Positions 1-8,603 of a stretch of 25,541 nucleotides of DNA are shown one piece after another. A program made the translations under genes and the position numbers. Position 1 is the stretch's first letter; every line of letters starts with the position of its first letter. The notes under the pieces were generated by a model. The model did not search any database and had not been told where the DNA came from. It was given only the letters and a program-made list of their open reading frames with translations. Where the stretch lies: IMG/VR virus record IMGVR_UViG_3300031977_003074, positions 1 to 25,541 of that record; one strand, written 5' to 3'. This DNA comes from a virus. Lineage: Duplodnaviria > Caudoviricetes.

Positions 1-342
1 CATGCGGTCATTCAGATCTGCAAGGTGGTTAGTTAAATCACGACGGAAGATTGGGTCTGCGTCTGCAAAGAACATCTGGTGATGCTTGTCAGCCAACTTT
101 AGGTTGTAACCTAGAAGATGCTCTGGGAAACCATCATGACCCTTACCTTCAGAGATAATCTGGTTCATGTAGTTCTCACCAACGTAGAAAGGACGTTGAC
201 GAGCGTGTTCTTCAGCAGTGCAATAAACGTTTTGTTTAAAACCCTTCCACGTGTGGAGTTTCGCATATTCGTCAAGAATTGCCAGAAGTTCTGGGTTATT
301 AACTTCGATATGCTTCAGATATTGATCATTTACCTTAGTCAT
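1..342 (-). CDS. Hypothetical phage protein, 3' end runs off the window (MTKVNDQYLKHIEVNNPELLAILDEY...GHDGFPEH...)
   Basis: Read manually; absent from the ORF track because no stop lies in the window. ATG at 342-340 overlaps the TGA of the upstream gene (ATGA coupling), and the frame is open for 114 codons to the edge. Confidence 0.8.
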   Translation of the reverse strand, partial: MTKVNDQYLKHIEVNNPELLAILDEYAKLHTWKGFKQNVYCTAEEHARQRPFYVGENYMNQIISEGKGHDGFPEHLLGYNLKLADKHHQMFFADADPIFRRDLTNHLADLNDRM

Positions 343-1076
343 ACGATTGGTGTATCCTTATTTAAACCTGCTGAGAAGTGACGTATAATTACTGGCCCAG
401 TTTCAGGTTTTGTTATCGCCCAATTAAGTGCGTTATAATAGTTCCATCTCAAGTCGTCGTCAAAGATCCCGACTTTGAGATCCTTATATTTTTCTTCTTT
501 TTCAGTTAACCACCAGAGTGAGAACTGATCCCAAGACTTGAGACTGTCCGCGTACCCTTTAGGCCACCAAGTATCGTTCATTTGACGATACGTTAAGTCC
601 CACCAATCATCCATAAATTCACGTACGATTGGTTTCGTCATATCATATAAACACACTGCACCGCACAATGTAAACTTCGCCTTACCTTCTGGTGTGTCGA
701 AGTCTCGTTCTGCGTAGATGTAATCACGGTCATCTGTTAGAGCAGAGAAAACCATATCATGGTCTTTAATCTCATCCCAAACCTTTACGATGTCTTCGTG
801 CTCACATTCCATGTCAGCGTCAATGTACATGGTCAAGTCGTAAGGTGACTTCGCCATGCCCCATAACTTAGCGCGGTAGTGGTCATCACAGAAGATAACG
901 TCGTCTGCAACATCCCTACCTCTATCGTCAAGGAATCTTTCCTCAGTTACTAGACAGATCTTACATTCGTCTTCTGGTTCGTAGAAGTCACGAATCGACT
1001 CTGCCAAGTTAACCGCGTACAGATAGAAGTTATGCTTCTGTGACGCGACGATTACAAATCCTTTACTCTTTTCCAT
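339..1076 (-). CDS. Putative GT-A fold glycosyltransferase (nucleotide-diphospho-sugar transferase-like)
   Basis: N-terminal GFVIVA strand, 'A..LAESIR' helix, 'RAKLWGMAKSPYDLTMYIDAD' (K...SPYD.T.Y.DxD motif) and a later 'WDQFSLW' motif typical of GT8-like/GT-A enzymes. Confidence 0.75.
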   Translation of the reverse strand: MEKSKGFVIVASQKHNFYLYAVNLAESIRDFYEPEDECKICLVTEERFLDDRGRDVADDVIFCDDHYRAKLWGMAKSPYDLTMYIDADMECEHEDIVKVWDEIKDHDMVFSALTDDRDYIYAERDFDTPEGKAKFTLCGAVCLYDMTKPIVREFMDDWWDLTYRQMNDTWWPKGYADSLKSWDQFSLWWLTEKEEKYKDLKVGIFDDDLRWNYYNALNWAITKPETGPVIIRHFSAGLNKDTPIV

Positions 1077-1524
1077 TCTCTTCGGCCTCTAGCATTTCTT
1101 GAAGAATCATGATTGAGTACAAGTCTACCTCAATGCGTGACTTCGCACGACGTAGTTTTGCCTTCAACTTGCGGTTCTTAGAGTTCTTAATCTCTTCGAC
1201 CTCGAACGCCTCCAACTTGTAGTTGAAGAGTTTCTCAAGTTTACGCGCCTTCCTATGTTCTAGTTCGCGCTGTTTTTCTTCTTCTGCTTCGGCTGTTTTA
1301 CGAACGACACGGTCTTCCGTTTCCTTGTCAATCGTTTCTTCACCTAGTGACGCAACAACCTCATCAAATAATTCGTTGGGATTGCCATCACGATCTAATC
1401 TGTTTAACAACATTACCTGACGGGTAACACGACCAACATCGTCTTCCATTTCTAGGATACAGTTCAACTGTTCTTTTGCGTCTGTTTCCCAGAAGGCGTT
1501 ATCCATCCATCTTCTGTAACTCAT
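1063..1524 (-). CDS. Hypothetical protein with charged, helical C-terminal half
   Basis: ORF track gives 1063..1539 from a TTG. The ATG at 1524 (MSYRRWMDNAFWE) has a GGAGA ribosome-binding site 8 nt upstream. Overlaps the start of the downstream glycosyltransferase gene. Confidence 0.75.
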   Translation of the reverse strand: MSYRRWMDNAFWETDAKEQLNCILEMEDDVGRVTRQVMLLNRLDRDGNPNELFDEVVASLGEETIDKETEDRVVRKTAEAEEEKQRELEHRKARKLEKLFNYKLEAFEVEEIKNSKNRKLKAKLRRAKSRIEVDLYSIMILQEMLEAEENGKE

Positions 1525-1572
1525 TAAGTCATTCTCCAAAAAGGTTCAATCAATTCAAATGTATATAGTGGG

Positions 1573-1600
1573 AAAATAAAGTGGGCCTTTGCAGACCCAC
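1573..1600 (-). terminator. Rho-independent terminator downstream of the giant repeat gene
   Basis: Minus strand GTGGGTCT-GCAA-AGGCCCAC (8-bp stem with one G-U pair, GNRA loop) followed by TTTATTTT. Confidence 0.8.
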
Positions 1601-1638
1601 CTATTATTACACCCCATATTATACACTATACGGTTGGA

Positions 1639-4600
1639 TTATGCAACCCTTACGTATAAAGTATATGTCTCAACCGTCGAGTAAGTTGGTTGAATAGTAG
1701 TACCAGTGTAGTTACCGATAAATGCACGTGAGTAATTACCAGTGAAGTCACGAGAATAGTTTCCAGTGAAGTCACGAGCGTAGTCACCAGTGTAGTTACC
1801 TGCGTAAGTTGATACACGAGTTCTGCCATAATCGAATGAGTAAGCAGAAGTACGTAGTCTTGAGTAAGCCGAGACACGTACACGTGAGAATGTATCAACA
1901 GAGTTACGAGTGTAATTACCGATGAAGTCACGCGAGTAGTTACCTACAAAGTTACCAGCGTATGCAGAGACACGGTTGCGGATGTAGTTACCTGCAAATG
2001 TGCGAGCATAGTTTCCAGTAAAGTTACCTACGAAGTCACGAGTGTAAGTACCTGCATATTCTCCTGCGAATGTACGCTGATAGTTTCCAACGAAGTCACC
2101 AGCAAACTCACGAGTGTACTGACCAGAGAAGTCACGAGTGTACTCACCCGCAAATGTGCGGTTGTAAGTTCCAGTGTATTCTCCAGCGAAGTTGCGAGAG
2201 TATGTTCCAGTGTACTGACCAGAGAAGCCGCGTGAGTAAGTACCAGTGTATTCCCCTGCAAATCCGCGTGAGTAAGTACCTGAGTAAGTCGAGATACGGT
2301 CACGTGAGTAAGACTCAACACGAGTTCTTACGAAGTTGCGAGAGTAATTACCGATGTAGTCACGAGAGTACGCACCAGTGTATTCGCCAACGAAGTCACG
2401 AGAGTAGTTACCCGCGTAAGTTGAGAAGCGAGTGCGGACATACGCTGATACACGGTTGCGAGTAAAGTTGCGAGAGTAGTTACCCGCAAAGTCGCGTGAG
2501 TATGCACCAGTGTACTGGCCAGAGAATCCACGTGAGTAAGTACCAGTGTAAGTAGATACACGGTTACGTGAGTAAGTAGAGATACGCTCACGAGTGAAGT
2601 TACGTGAGTAGTTGCCTACAAAGTTACGTGCGTAGATTCCAGTATATTGACCAGAGAAGTTACGGCTGTATGTTCCAGTGTAAGTTGAAACACGGTTACG
2701 TGAGTACGAAGAAGTACGAGTACGTGAGAAGTCACGACTGTAGTTTCCTACGAAATCACGTGCGTAGTAACCAGTGTACTCACCAGCAAAGTCACGAGAG
2801 TAAGTACCAGCGTATGTCGATGGACGTGTACGCGAGTAAGAAGAAACGCGAGTACGACTAAAGTCACGTGAGTAGTTACCAGTGAACGTGCGGTTGTAAG
2901 TACCAGTGTATTCACCTACAAAGTTACGTGAGTAAACGCCAACGTATGCAGATGGGCGAGTACGTGAGTAAGTTGAAACACGGTTACGAGTGAACGTAGT
3001 AGTGTAGTTACCAGTAAATGTACGGTTGTAAGTACCAGTGTACTCTCCAACGAATCCACGTGAGTAAGTGCCTGAGAACGTTGAAGTACGTGCACGAGAG
3101 TAAGCAGATACGCGAGTTCTAGTGTAGTTACGCGCATAGTTACCAGTGAACGTGCGGTTGTAGGTGCCAGTGTACTCACCAACGAATGTGCGAGAGTAGT
3201 TACCCGCATATGATGATGGACGTACACGTGAGTAAGCAGAAACGCGAGTGCGAGTAAATGCACGTGCGTAATTACCTACGAAGCCACGGTTATAAGTTCC
3301 AGTGTACTCACCGACGAAGTTACGGTTGTAAGTACCAGTGTACTGACCAGAGAAACCACGTGAGTAGTTGCCTACGTACTGTCCAGAGAATCCACGAGTA
3401 TAGTTACCAACGTAGTTTCCTGCGAAGTTACCTACGTAATCACCGATGAAGTTACCCGCATAGTTGCGTGAGTAGTTACCAGTGAACGTACGTGCGTAGT
3501 TTCCTGCAAAGTTACCAGCGAAGTTAGTCACACGGTCACGAGTGTATGCAGACGAACGGTTGAGAACGTATGCAGATACACGAGTACGTGCGTATGCGCT
3601 GTAACGAGTTCTAGTTGAAGTACGAGTGTATTCACCAACATAGTTACCAGTATATTCACCTGCGAATCCGCGAGCGTAGTTACCCACATAGTTTCCTGCA
3701 AAGTTGCGGCTGTAGTTACCTACGAAGTTACCTGCGAAGTTTGTGACGCGGTCACGAGTGAAGTCACCAACATAGTCAGTGATACGAGTTCTTGCGTACG
3801 CTGAGTAACGTGAACGTACAGAGTCACGAGTTGACGTACGAGTAAAGTTACCTACGTAATCAGTTACACGAGTACGAGCATATGCACTAACACGGTTACG
3901 AGTTGAATCACGCGTTGAAGTACGAGTGAAGTCACCGATGTAGTTAGTGATACGAGTACGTGCGTAAGCAGAGTTACGAGTACGTGAGTAAGATGACGCA
4001 CGAGTTCTTGAGAATGCGCCTGCGTAGTTAGTTACGCGAGTTCTTGCGTATGCAGAGTAACGAGTACGAGTTGATGTGCGAGTTGAAGTACGTGCGTAGT
4101 TACCTACGAAGTTACCAACATAATCACCAACGAATGTACGTCCGTAGTTGCCCACGAAGTTACCTACGTAATCACCGACGAATGTACGGCCATAGTTACC
4201 TACGAAGTCTCCCGCAAATCCACGTGCATAGTTACCTACGAAGTCGCCTGCGTAGTATCCAGTACGTGTATAGTATCCAGTACGTGTGTAGTCTGCAGCG
4301 TAGTTACGCGCATAGTTACCAATGAAGTTACCAACATAGTACAATGTACGAGTGTAGTAACCAGTGTTAGTAGAAACACGAGTACTGTTACGAGTGTAGT
4401 CTAGTGTTGCTGCACGGTTACGAGTATATGTACCAGTTGCAGTGTAGACGGTTGCACGAGTACGAGTGTAGTCTAGTGTTGCTGCACGGTTGCGAGAGTA
4501 TGCAACAGTAGAGACACGAGTACGTCCATAGTTCTGAGATACAGTACGTGCATAGTTACGGACAGAAGTACGAGTGTAGTATGCTACACCAGTGTAAGTT

Positions 4601-7600
4601 CCACCACCAACAGTTGACGTACGAGTCGATGTACGTGTTGAAGTACGAGTGTAGTAAGTTGTGCCACCGTAAGTAGTACGGGTATAGAAGTACAACTCAC
4701 CGTACAACCAACGTGAGTATTCTGCGAAACTAGTACCACCAGTACGTGCATAGTTACCAATGAAGTTACCAGTAAAGTTTCCTGCGTAGTCAGTACCAGC
4801 CGCAGTAGAACTTGTGTTACGAGCGTAATCACCGACGAAGTTTCCGCCTACGAAGTACTGCGGGAATGTACGGTTATAGTTACCGACGTAACTGACGTTA
4901 CGACTATAGTTACCAGTATACGTTACGCCACGAGTATAGTTACCTACGAAATCACCTGTATAGTACAATGTGCGAGTATAGTTACCCGTGTATGTTACGT
5001 TACGAGTGTAGTTACCAGTAAAGTCACCAGTGTAGTACAAAGTACGAGTGTAAGTACCAGTTGCAGTAAATGTCTGAGTACGGTCACGAGTAAACGCACG
5101 AGCGTAGTTACCAGTGTAGTACAGAGTACGAGTGTAACTTAGAGTACGAGTAGACGTACGAGTCGAAGTACGTGCATATGCGCTGTAGCGAGTACGTGTT
5201 GAAGTACGTGCGTATGCTGAACCACGGTTACGAGTATAGTTAGTAGCACGAGTACGAGTGTACGCCGAACCACGGTTACGAGTATAGTTGGTTGCACGAG
5301 TACGCGCATATTCACCAACGAAGTTACCCGCAAAGTCACCAGCGAATCCACGAGAATAGTTTCCTACGAAGTCACCAGCATAGTTTCTTGTGTAGTTACC
5401 GACGAAGTTGCGGCCATAGTTACCCACAAAGTTGCGAGCATAGTTACCAACAAAGTCTCCGGTAAAGGTAGTTGCATAGTTACCGACAAAGTTACCAGCG
5501 TAGTTACCGACGAAGGTACGTGCATAGTTACCTACAAAGTTACCAGTGAAGGTAGTAGTGTAGTTGCCTACGTAGTTACCAGCGTAGTTACCAGTGAATA
5601 GACGCGAGTAGTTACCCACGAAATCACCAGTAAAGGTAGTCGCATAGTTGCCAATAAAGTTACCAGCAAAGTTTGTGACGCGATCACGAGTGTATGCAGA
5701 ACCGCGAGTACGAGTAGAAGTACGCGCATAAGCTGAGTAACGAGTACGTGCAGAAACACGAGTCGATGTACGAGCGTAGTTACCAACATAGTTTCCTGCG
5801 AACGCACGTGAGTAGTTGCCCACGAAGTTGCGAGAATAGTTGCCTACGAAAGTACGAGCGTAGTTACCAATGAAGTTACCTGCAAAGTTTGTAACACGGT
5901 CACGGACATATGATGATACACGTGCGCGTGAGAAGATACCAGCAAAGTTGGTTACACGGTCACGAGTAAAGTTAGTTGCACGTACACGAGTGTAGTCAGC
6001 AGAGTATGCAGAAACACGAGTACGCGAATAAGTTCCCGCGTATGCCGATACACGGTTGCGTGAGTATGTTCCTGAGTATGCTGAAACACGAGTACGTGAG
6101 TAAGTACCTGAGTACGCGCTAGTGCGAGTACGAGTATAATTACGTGAGTAGTTTCCTACGAATCCACGGCTGTAGTTACCAGTGAAGTTACGTGAGTAAG
6201 TTCCCGCATAAGTTGAAACACGGTTGCGTGAATAAGTTCCAGTGTAAGAACTAACACGTCCACGAGTAAATGCGCGAGCATAGTTCCCTTGGAAGTTACG
6301 AGTGTAGTTTCCTACGAAATCACGTGCATAGGTACCACTGAACGTTGAGTTACGAGTACGTGAATAAGTTCCTGCGAAACTAGAAACACGGCCACGAGTA
6401 AAGTTACCAACGTAGTTACCAGCGAATCCACGGCTGTAGTTACCTACGTAGTTTCTTGAGTAGTAACCAGTGTACGCTGAGTTACGAGTTCTTGAGTAAG
6501 TACCAGTGAACGAAGAAACACGTCCGCGTGTGAATGAGTTAGTATATTCACCAACAAATGCACGGTTGTAGTTACCTACGAATGTGCGGCCATATGTACC
6601 AGTGTATGAAGATACACGAGTACGACCATACTCACCAGCGTAAGCAGAAGTACGCGTACGTGAGAATGCACCAGTATATTCACCGATGAAGTCACGTGAA
6701 TAGTTTCCTGCGAAACCGCGTGAGTAGTTGCCTACGTAAGTTGATACGCGAGTACGTGAATACGTTCCAGTGTATGAAGATACACGAGTACGTGCGAACT
6801 CACCAGTGTAGTTTCCTGCAAACCCACGAGTATACTCTCCAGCGAATCCGCGAGAGTAAGTTCCTGAGTAAGTAGAAATACGGTTACGTGAGTAAGTACC
6901 AGAATATGAACTTACACGAGTACGACCAAACTCACCAGTATAGTTACCTGCAAATCCGCGGCTGTAGTTTCCTACAAATGCGCGAGCATAGTAACCAGTG
7001 TACGATGAGTTACGAGTACGTGAGTAAGTACCTGAGAAAGATGATGTACGAGTACGCGAGAATTCACCTGCATAGTTACCTTGGAAAGAACGAGTATACT
7101 CTCCAGTAAATGCACGAGAATATGTACCAATGTATGCAGAGACGCGGTTACGTGCGTAAGTGCCAGTGTAAGTACTGATTCTGTTACGTGAGTAAGTTCC
7201 AGTATACGCTGAGTTACGGACACGGTTGTATGTACCAGTATAGGTAGATACACGGCCACGTGCATAGGTTGAGGTACGAGTGCGCGAGAAAGTTCCGGTG
7301 AAGTCTGTTACACGGTTACGAGTGAACGTTGACAAACGTGCACGAGAGTAGTAACCTGTAAATCCACCAGTAAATCCTTGTAGACGTACACGAGTGTAAG
7401 TAGACTGACGGTTTAAAATGTACTCGCCAGTAAACGTACGTGAGAAATTGGTGACACGGTCACGACTGTAAGTCGATGGACGTGTACGACTGTATTCACC
7501 GATAAAGTCCCCTACATAATTACCGGCAAAGTTACGACTGTAGTTACCAGCGAAATCGCGAGTGTAATTACCAACGTAATTACCTGCAAAGTCACGAGTA

Positions 7601-8487
7601 CTAGTTCGAGTAGAGACACGACTAAAGGTCGATGCGCGATCACGAGTATATGCTGATACGCGAGTACGTACGTATGAACTGTTACGAATACGCGAATAAG
7701 AAACTTCCGCAGTATTACGACGTGTGTTCAGTGCAGTACCAACTGCCTTCCATGTGCCTGGGGCCGTTGGTGCGCCTTGTGCAGATGAACGTAACTGGTA
7801 AGAACCAATTGCACCCGCAGTTGCACGTAGAGTTTTAATTCTTTGACCTAGAGTGTACTGAATCTGTGCGTCAGTCATCTCTTGGAAACCGTCGAAGTTT
7901 CCGCTACCGTCGTACTTAGTCGCGACCGGACGAACTGCATCGATTGCAGTCATGTTGGTGCGCAAGTAGATATTGTAGGTGGTTGATGAACCGTCGCCAC
8001 GAGTGTCTTGGAAGACATTCGGGATGAAGACAGTGTAATCAACGCCTGGGCTTGATGATGCTAGTTTGAATGTACCTACGTAATCATTTTGTGCAAGATT
8101 ACCTAGAACACGGTTAGCAAGTGAATTCAAATCCCCGTCTACCATTTCGTAGAAGCCAGGGTTTGTTGTATCGTAGTATCCTACTGGACGGACAAAGTCT
8201 GCACCGGATTCATCTGCTGGACCACCGTTTTGATAAACAGTAGTAGTAGTTGTACCGGAAGTGATTTGTGATGCTGGGTGAGTTCCCGTCGCTTCATTAA
8301 AGAAGGTATCGACGAATGTACCGATGCTCACATCACCTGTTAGACTAATGTGGCCGACATCACTTGAAGGTGCTGCGGCTAGTGCTTGTCCCACTGCATA
8401 CGCAAGATAGTTTTCTTCCGTAGGAGTGAATTCCTGTAGGTCACCATTCGAATTTTTGATTTTTAATGGGATGCTCGATGCTGACAC
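1639..8487 (-). CDS. Giant 2282-aa putative virion fibre protein: ~263-aa N-terminal domain, 2000-aa Y/F-x-R/G-x tetrapeptide repeat insert, and a short C-terminal strand
   Basis: Single 6.85-kb open frame; GTG start preceded by GAGAG; late promoter upstream; terminator downstream; follows a tail fibre chaperone gene. The virion role is inferred from context. Confidence 0.85.
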   Translation of the reverse strand: MSASSIPLKIKNSNGDLQEFTPTEENYLAYAVGQALAAAPSSDVGHISLTGDVSIGTFVDTFFNEATGTHPASQITSGTTTTTVYQNGGPADESGADFVRPVGYYDTTNPGFYEMVDGDLNSLANRVLGNLAQNDYVGTFKLASSSPGVDYTVFIPNVFQDTRGDGSSTTYNIYLRTNMTAIDAVRPVATKYDGSGNFDGFQEMTDAQIQYTLGQRIKTLRATAGAIGSYQLRSSAQGAPTAPGTWKAVGTALNTRRNTAEVSYSRIRNSSYVRTRVSAYTRDRASTFSRVSTRTSTRDFAGNYVGNYTRDFAGNYSRNFAGNYVGDFIGEYSRTRPSTYSRDRVTNFSRTFTGEYILNRQSTYTRVRLQGFTGGFTGYYSRARLSTFTRNRVTDFTGTFSRTRTSTYARGRVSTYTGTYNRVRNSAYTGTYSRNRISTYTGTYARNRVSAYIGTYSRAFTGEYTRSFQGNYAGEFSRTRTSSFSGTYSRTRNSSYTGYYARAFVGNYSRGFAGNYTGEFGRTRVSSYSGTYSRNRISTYSGTYSRGFAGEYTRGFAGNYTGEFARTRVSSYTGTYSRTRVSTYVGNYSRGFAGNYSRDFIGEYTGAFSRTRTSAYAGEYGRTRVSSYTGTYGRTFVGNYNRAFVGEYTNSFTRGRVSSFTGTYSRTRNSAYTGYYSRNYVGNYSRGFAGNYVGNFTRGRVSSFAGTYSRTRNSTFSGTYARDFVGNYTRNFQGNYARAFTRGRVSSYTGTYSRNRVSTYAGTYSRNFTGNYSRGFVGNYSRNYTRTRTSAYSGTYSRTRVSAYSGTYSRNRVSAYAGTYSRTRVSAYSADYTRVRATNFTRDRVTNFAGIFSRARVSSYVRDRVTNFAGNFIGNYARTFVGNYSRNFVGNYSRAFAGNYVGNYARTSTRVSARTRYSAYARTSTRTRGSAYTRDRVTNFAGNFIGNYATTFTGDFVGNYSRLFTGNYAGNYVGNYTTTFTGNFVGNYARTFVGNYAGNFVGNYATTFTGDFVGNYARNFVGNYGRNFVGNYTRNYAGDFVGNYSRGFAGDFAGNFVGEYARTRATNYTRNRGSAYTRTRATNYTRNRGSAYARTSTRTRYSAYARTSTRTSTRTLSYTRTLYYTGNYARAFTRDRTQTFTATGTYTRTLYYTGDFTGNYTRNVTYTGNYTRTLYYTGDFVGNYTRGVTYTGNYSRNVSYVGNYNRTFPQYFVGGNFVGDYARNTSSTAAGTDYAGNFTGNFIGNYARTGGTSFAEYSRWLYGELYFYTRTTYGGTTYYTRTSTRTSTRTSTVGGGTYTGVAYYTRTSVRNYARTVSQNYGRTRVSTVAYSRNRAATLDYTRTRATVYTATGTYTRNRAATLDYTRNSTRVSTNTGYYTRTLYYVGNFIGNYARNYAADYTRTGYYTRTGYYAGDFVGNYARGFAGDFVGNYGRTFVGDYVGNFVGNYGRTFVGDYVGNFVGNYARTSTRTSTRTRYSAYARTRVTNYAGAFSRTRASSYSRTRNSAYARTRITNYIGDFTRTSTRDSTRNRVSAYARTRVTDYVGNFTRTSTRDSVRSRYSAYARTRITDYVGDFTRDRVTNFAGNFVGNYSRNFAGNYVGNYARGFAGEYTGNYVGEYTRTSTRTRYSAYARTRVSAYVLNRSSAYTRDRVTNFAGNFAGNYARTFTGNYSRNYAGNFIGDYVGNFAGNYVGNYTRGFSGQYVGNYSRGFSGQYTGTYNRNFVGEYTGTYNRGFVGNYARAFTRTRVSAYSRVRPSSYAGNYSRTFVGEYTGTYNRTFTGNYARNYTRTRVSAYSRARTSTFSGTYSRGFVGEYTGTYNRTFTGNYTTTFTRNRVSTYSRTRPSAYVGVYSRNFVGEYTGTYNRTFTGNYSRDFSRTRVSSYSRTRPSTYAGTYSRDFAGEYTGYYARDFVGNYSRDFSRTRTSSYSRNRVSTYTGTYSRNFSGQYTGIYARNFVGNYSRNFTRERISTYSRNRVSTYTGTYSRGFSGQYTGAYSRDFAGNYSRNFTRNRVSAYVRTRFSTYAGNYSRDFVGEYTGAYSRDYIGNYSRNFVRTRVESYSRDRISTYSGTYSRGFAGEYTGTYSRGFSGQYTGTYSRNFAGEYTGTYNRTFAGEYTRDFSGQYTREFAGDFVGNYQRTFAGEYAGTYTRDFVGNFTGNYARTFAGNYIRNRVSAYAGNFVGNYSRDFIGNYTRNSVDTFSRVRVSAYSRLRTSAYSFDYGRTRVSTYAGNYTGDYARDFTGNYSRDFTGNYSRAFIGNYTGTTIQPTYSTVETYTLYVRVA
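1699..7698 (-). repeat. Coding low-complexity repeat with 12-nt/4-aa periodicity (YTRN, FAGN, RVSA, YTGT, STRT units), plus 44-aa higher-order repeats at 6151-7074 and 2347-3270
   Basis: Seen directly in the translation. Synonymous variation between units shows the constraint is at protein level. Confidence 0.95.
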
Positions 8488-8531
8488 AATTATCGCTCTC
8501 TATGTTAAGTTAAAGGGGTTAACGATGTTTT

Positions 8532-8539
8532 TATTTATA
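8532..8539 (-). promoter_or_regulatory. T4-type late promoter TATAAATA upstream of the giant repeat gene
   Basis: Perfect TATAAATA on the minus strand, about 45 nt upstream of the start at 8487. Confidence 0.8.
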
Positions 8540-8541
8540 AG

Positions 8542-8581
8542 AAAACGATACGCAGAAACCCATCAATCTGCGTATCATTTT
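8542..8581 (-). terminator. Stem-loop, probable intrinsic terminator (possibly bidirectional)
   Basis: GATACGCAGA (8547-8556) and TCTGCGTATC (8567-8576) form a perfect 10-bp inverted repeat, flanked by A and T tracts. Confidence 0.7.
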
Positions 8582-8591
8582 TCACTTCTGT

Positions 8592-8599
8592 TATTTATA
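8592..8599 (-). promoter_or_regulatory. T4-type late promoter TATAAATA (second copy, upstream of the stem-loop)
   Basis: Perfect motif just after the stop codon of the chaperone gene. Confidence 0.6.
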
Positions 8600-8603
8600 T
8601 TGC

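Noticed and set aside
1616-1626. Sigma70-like -10 element (TATAAT) on the minus strand after the giant gene
   Set aside because: No convincing -35 or extended -10 element, and it lies immediately upstream of a terminator; probably chance in AT-rich intergenic DNA.
1699-7698. CRISPR array or non-coding DNA repeat suggested by recurring gtagttacc / acgagtacg motifs
   Set aside because: No constant repeat with unique spacers. The motifs are codons of GNY and RTR within one uninterrupted frame and vary at synonymous positions.
1699-7698. DNA-level inverted repeat as the cause of the mirror symmetry
   Set aside because: Both arms show the same motifs on the same strand, and I saw no long reverse-complement match. 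The symmetry is visible only in amino-acid classes.
1650-7838. Short ORFs in other frames or on the plus strand within the giant repeat gene
   Set aside because: Shadows of the repeat with no recognisable motifs; fully nested in a better-supported gene.
1639-8487. Polyprotein or RiPP precursor made of repeated core peptides
   Set aside because: No leader/core organisation, regular cleavage motif, or adjacent protease or RiPP maturase is recognisable. The end-to-end mirror register fits a structural protein better.
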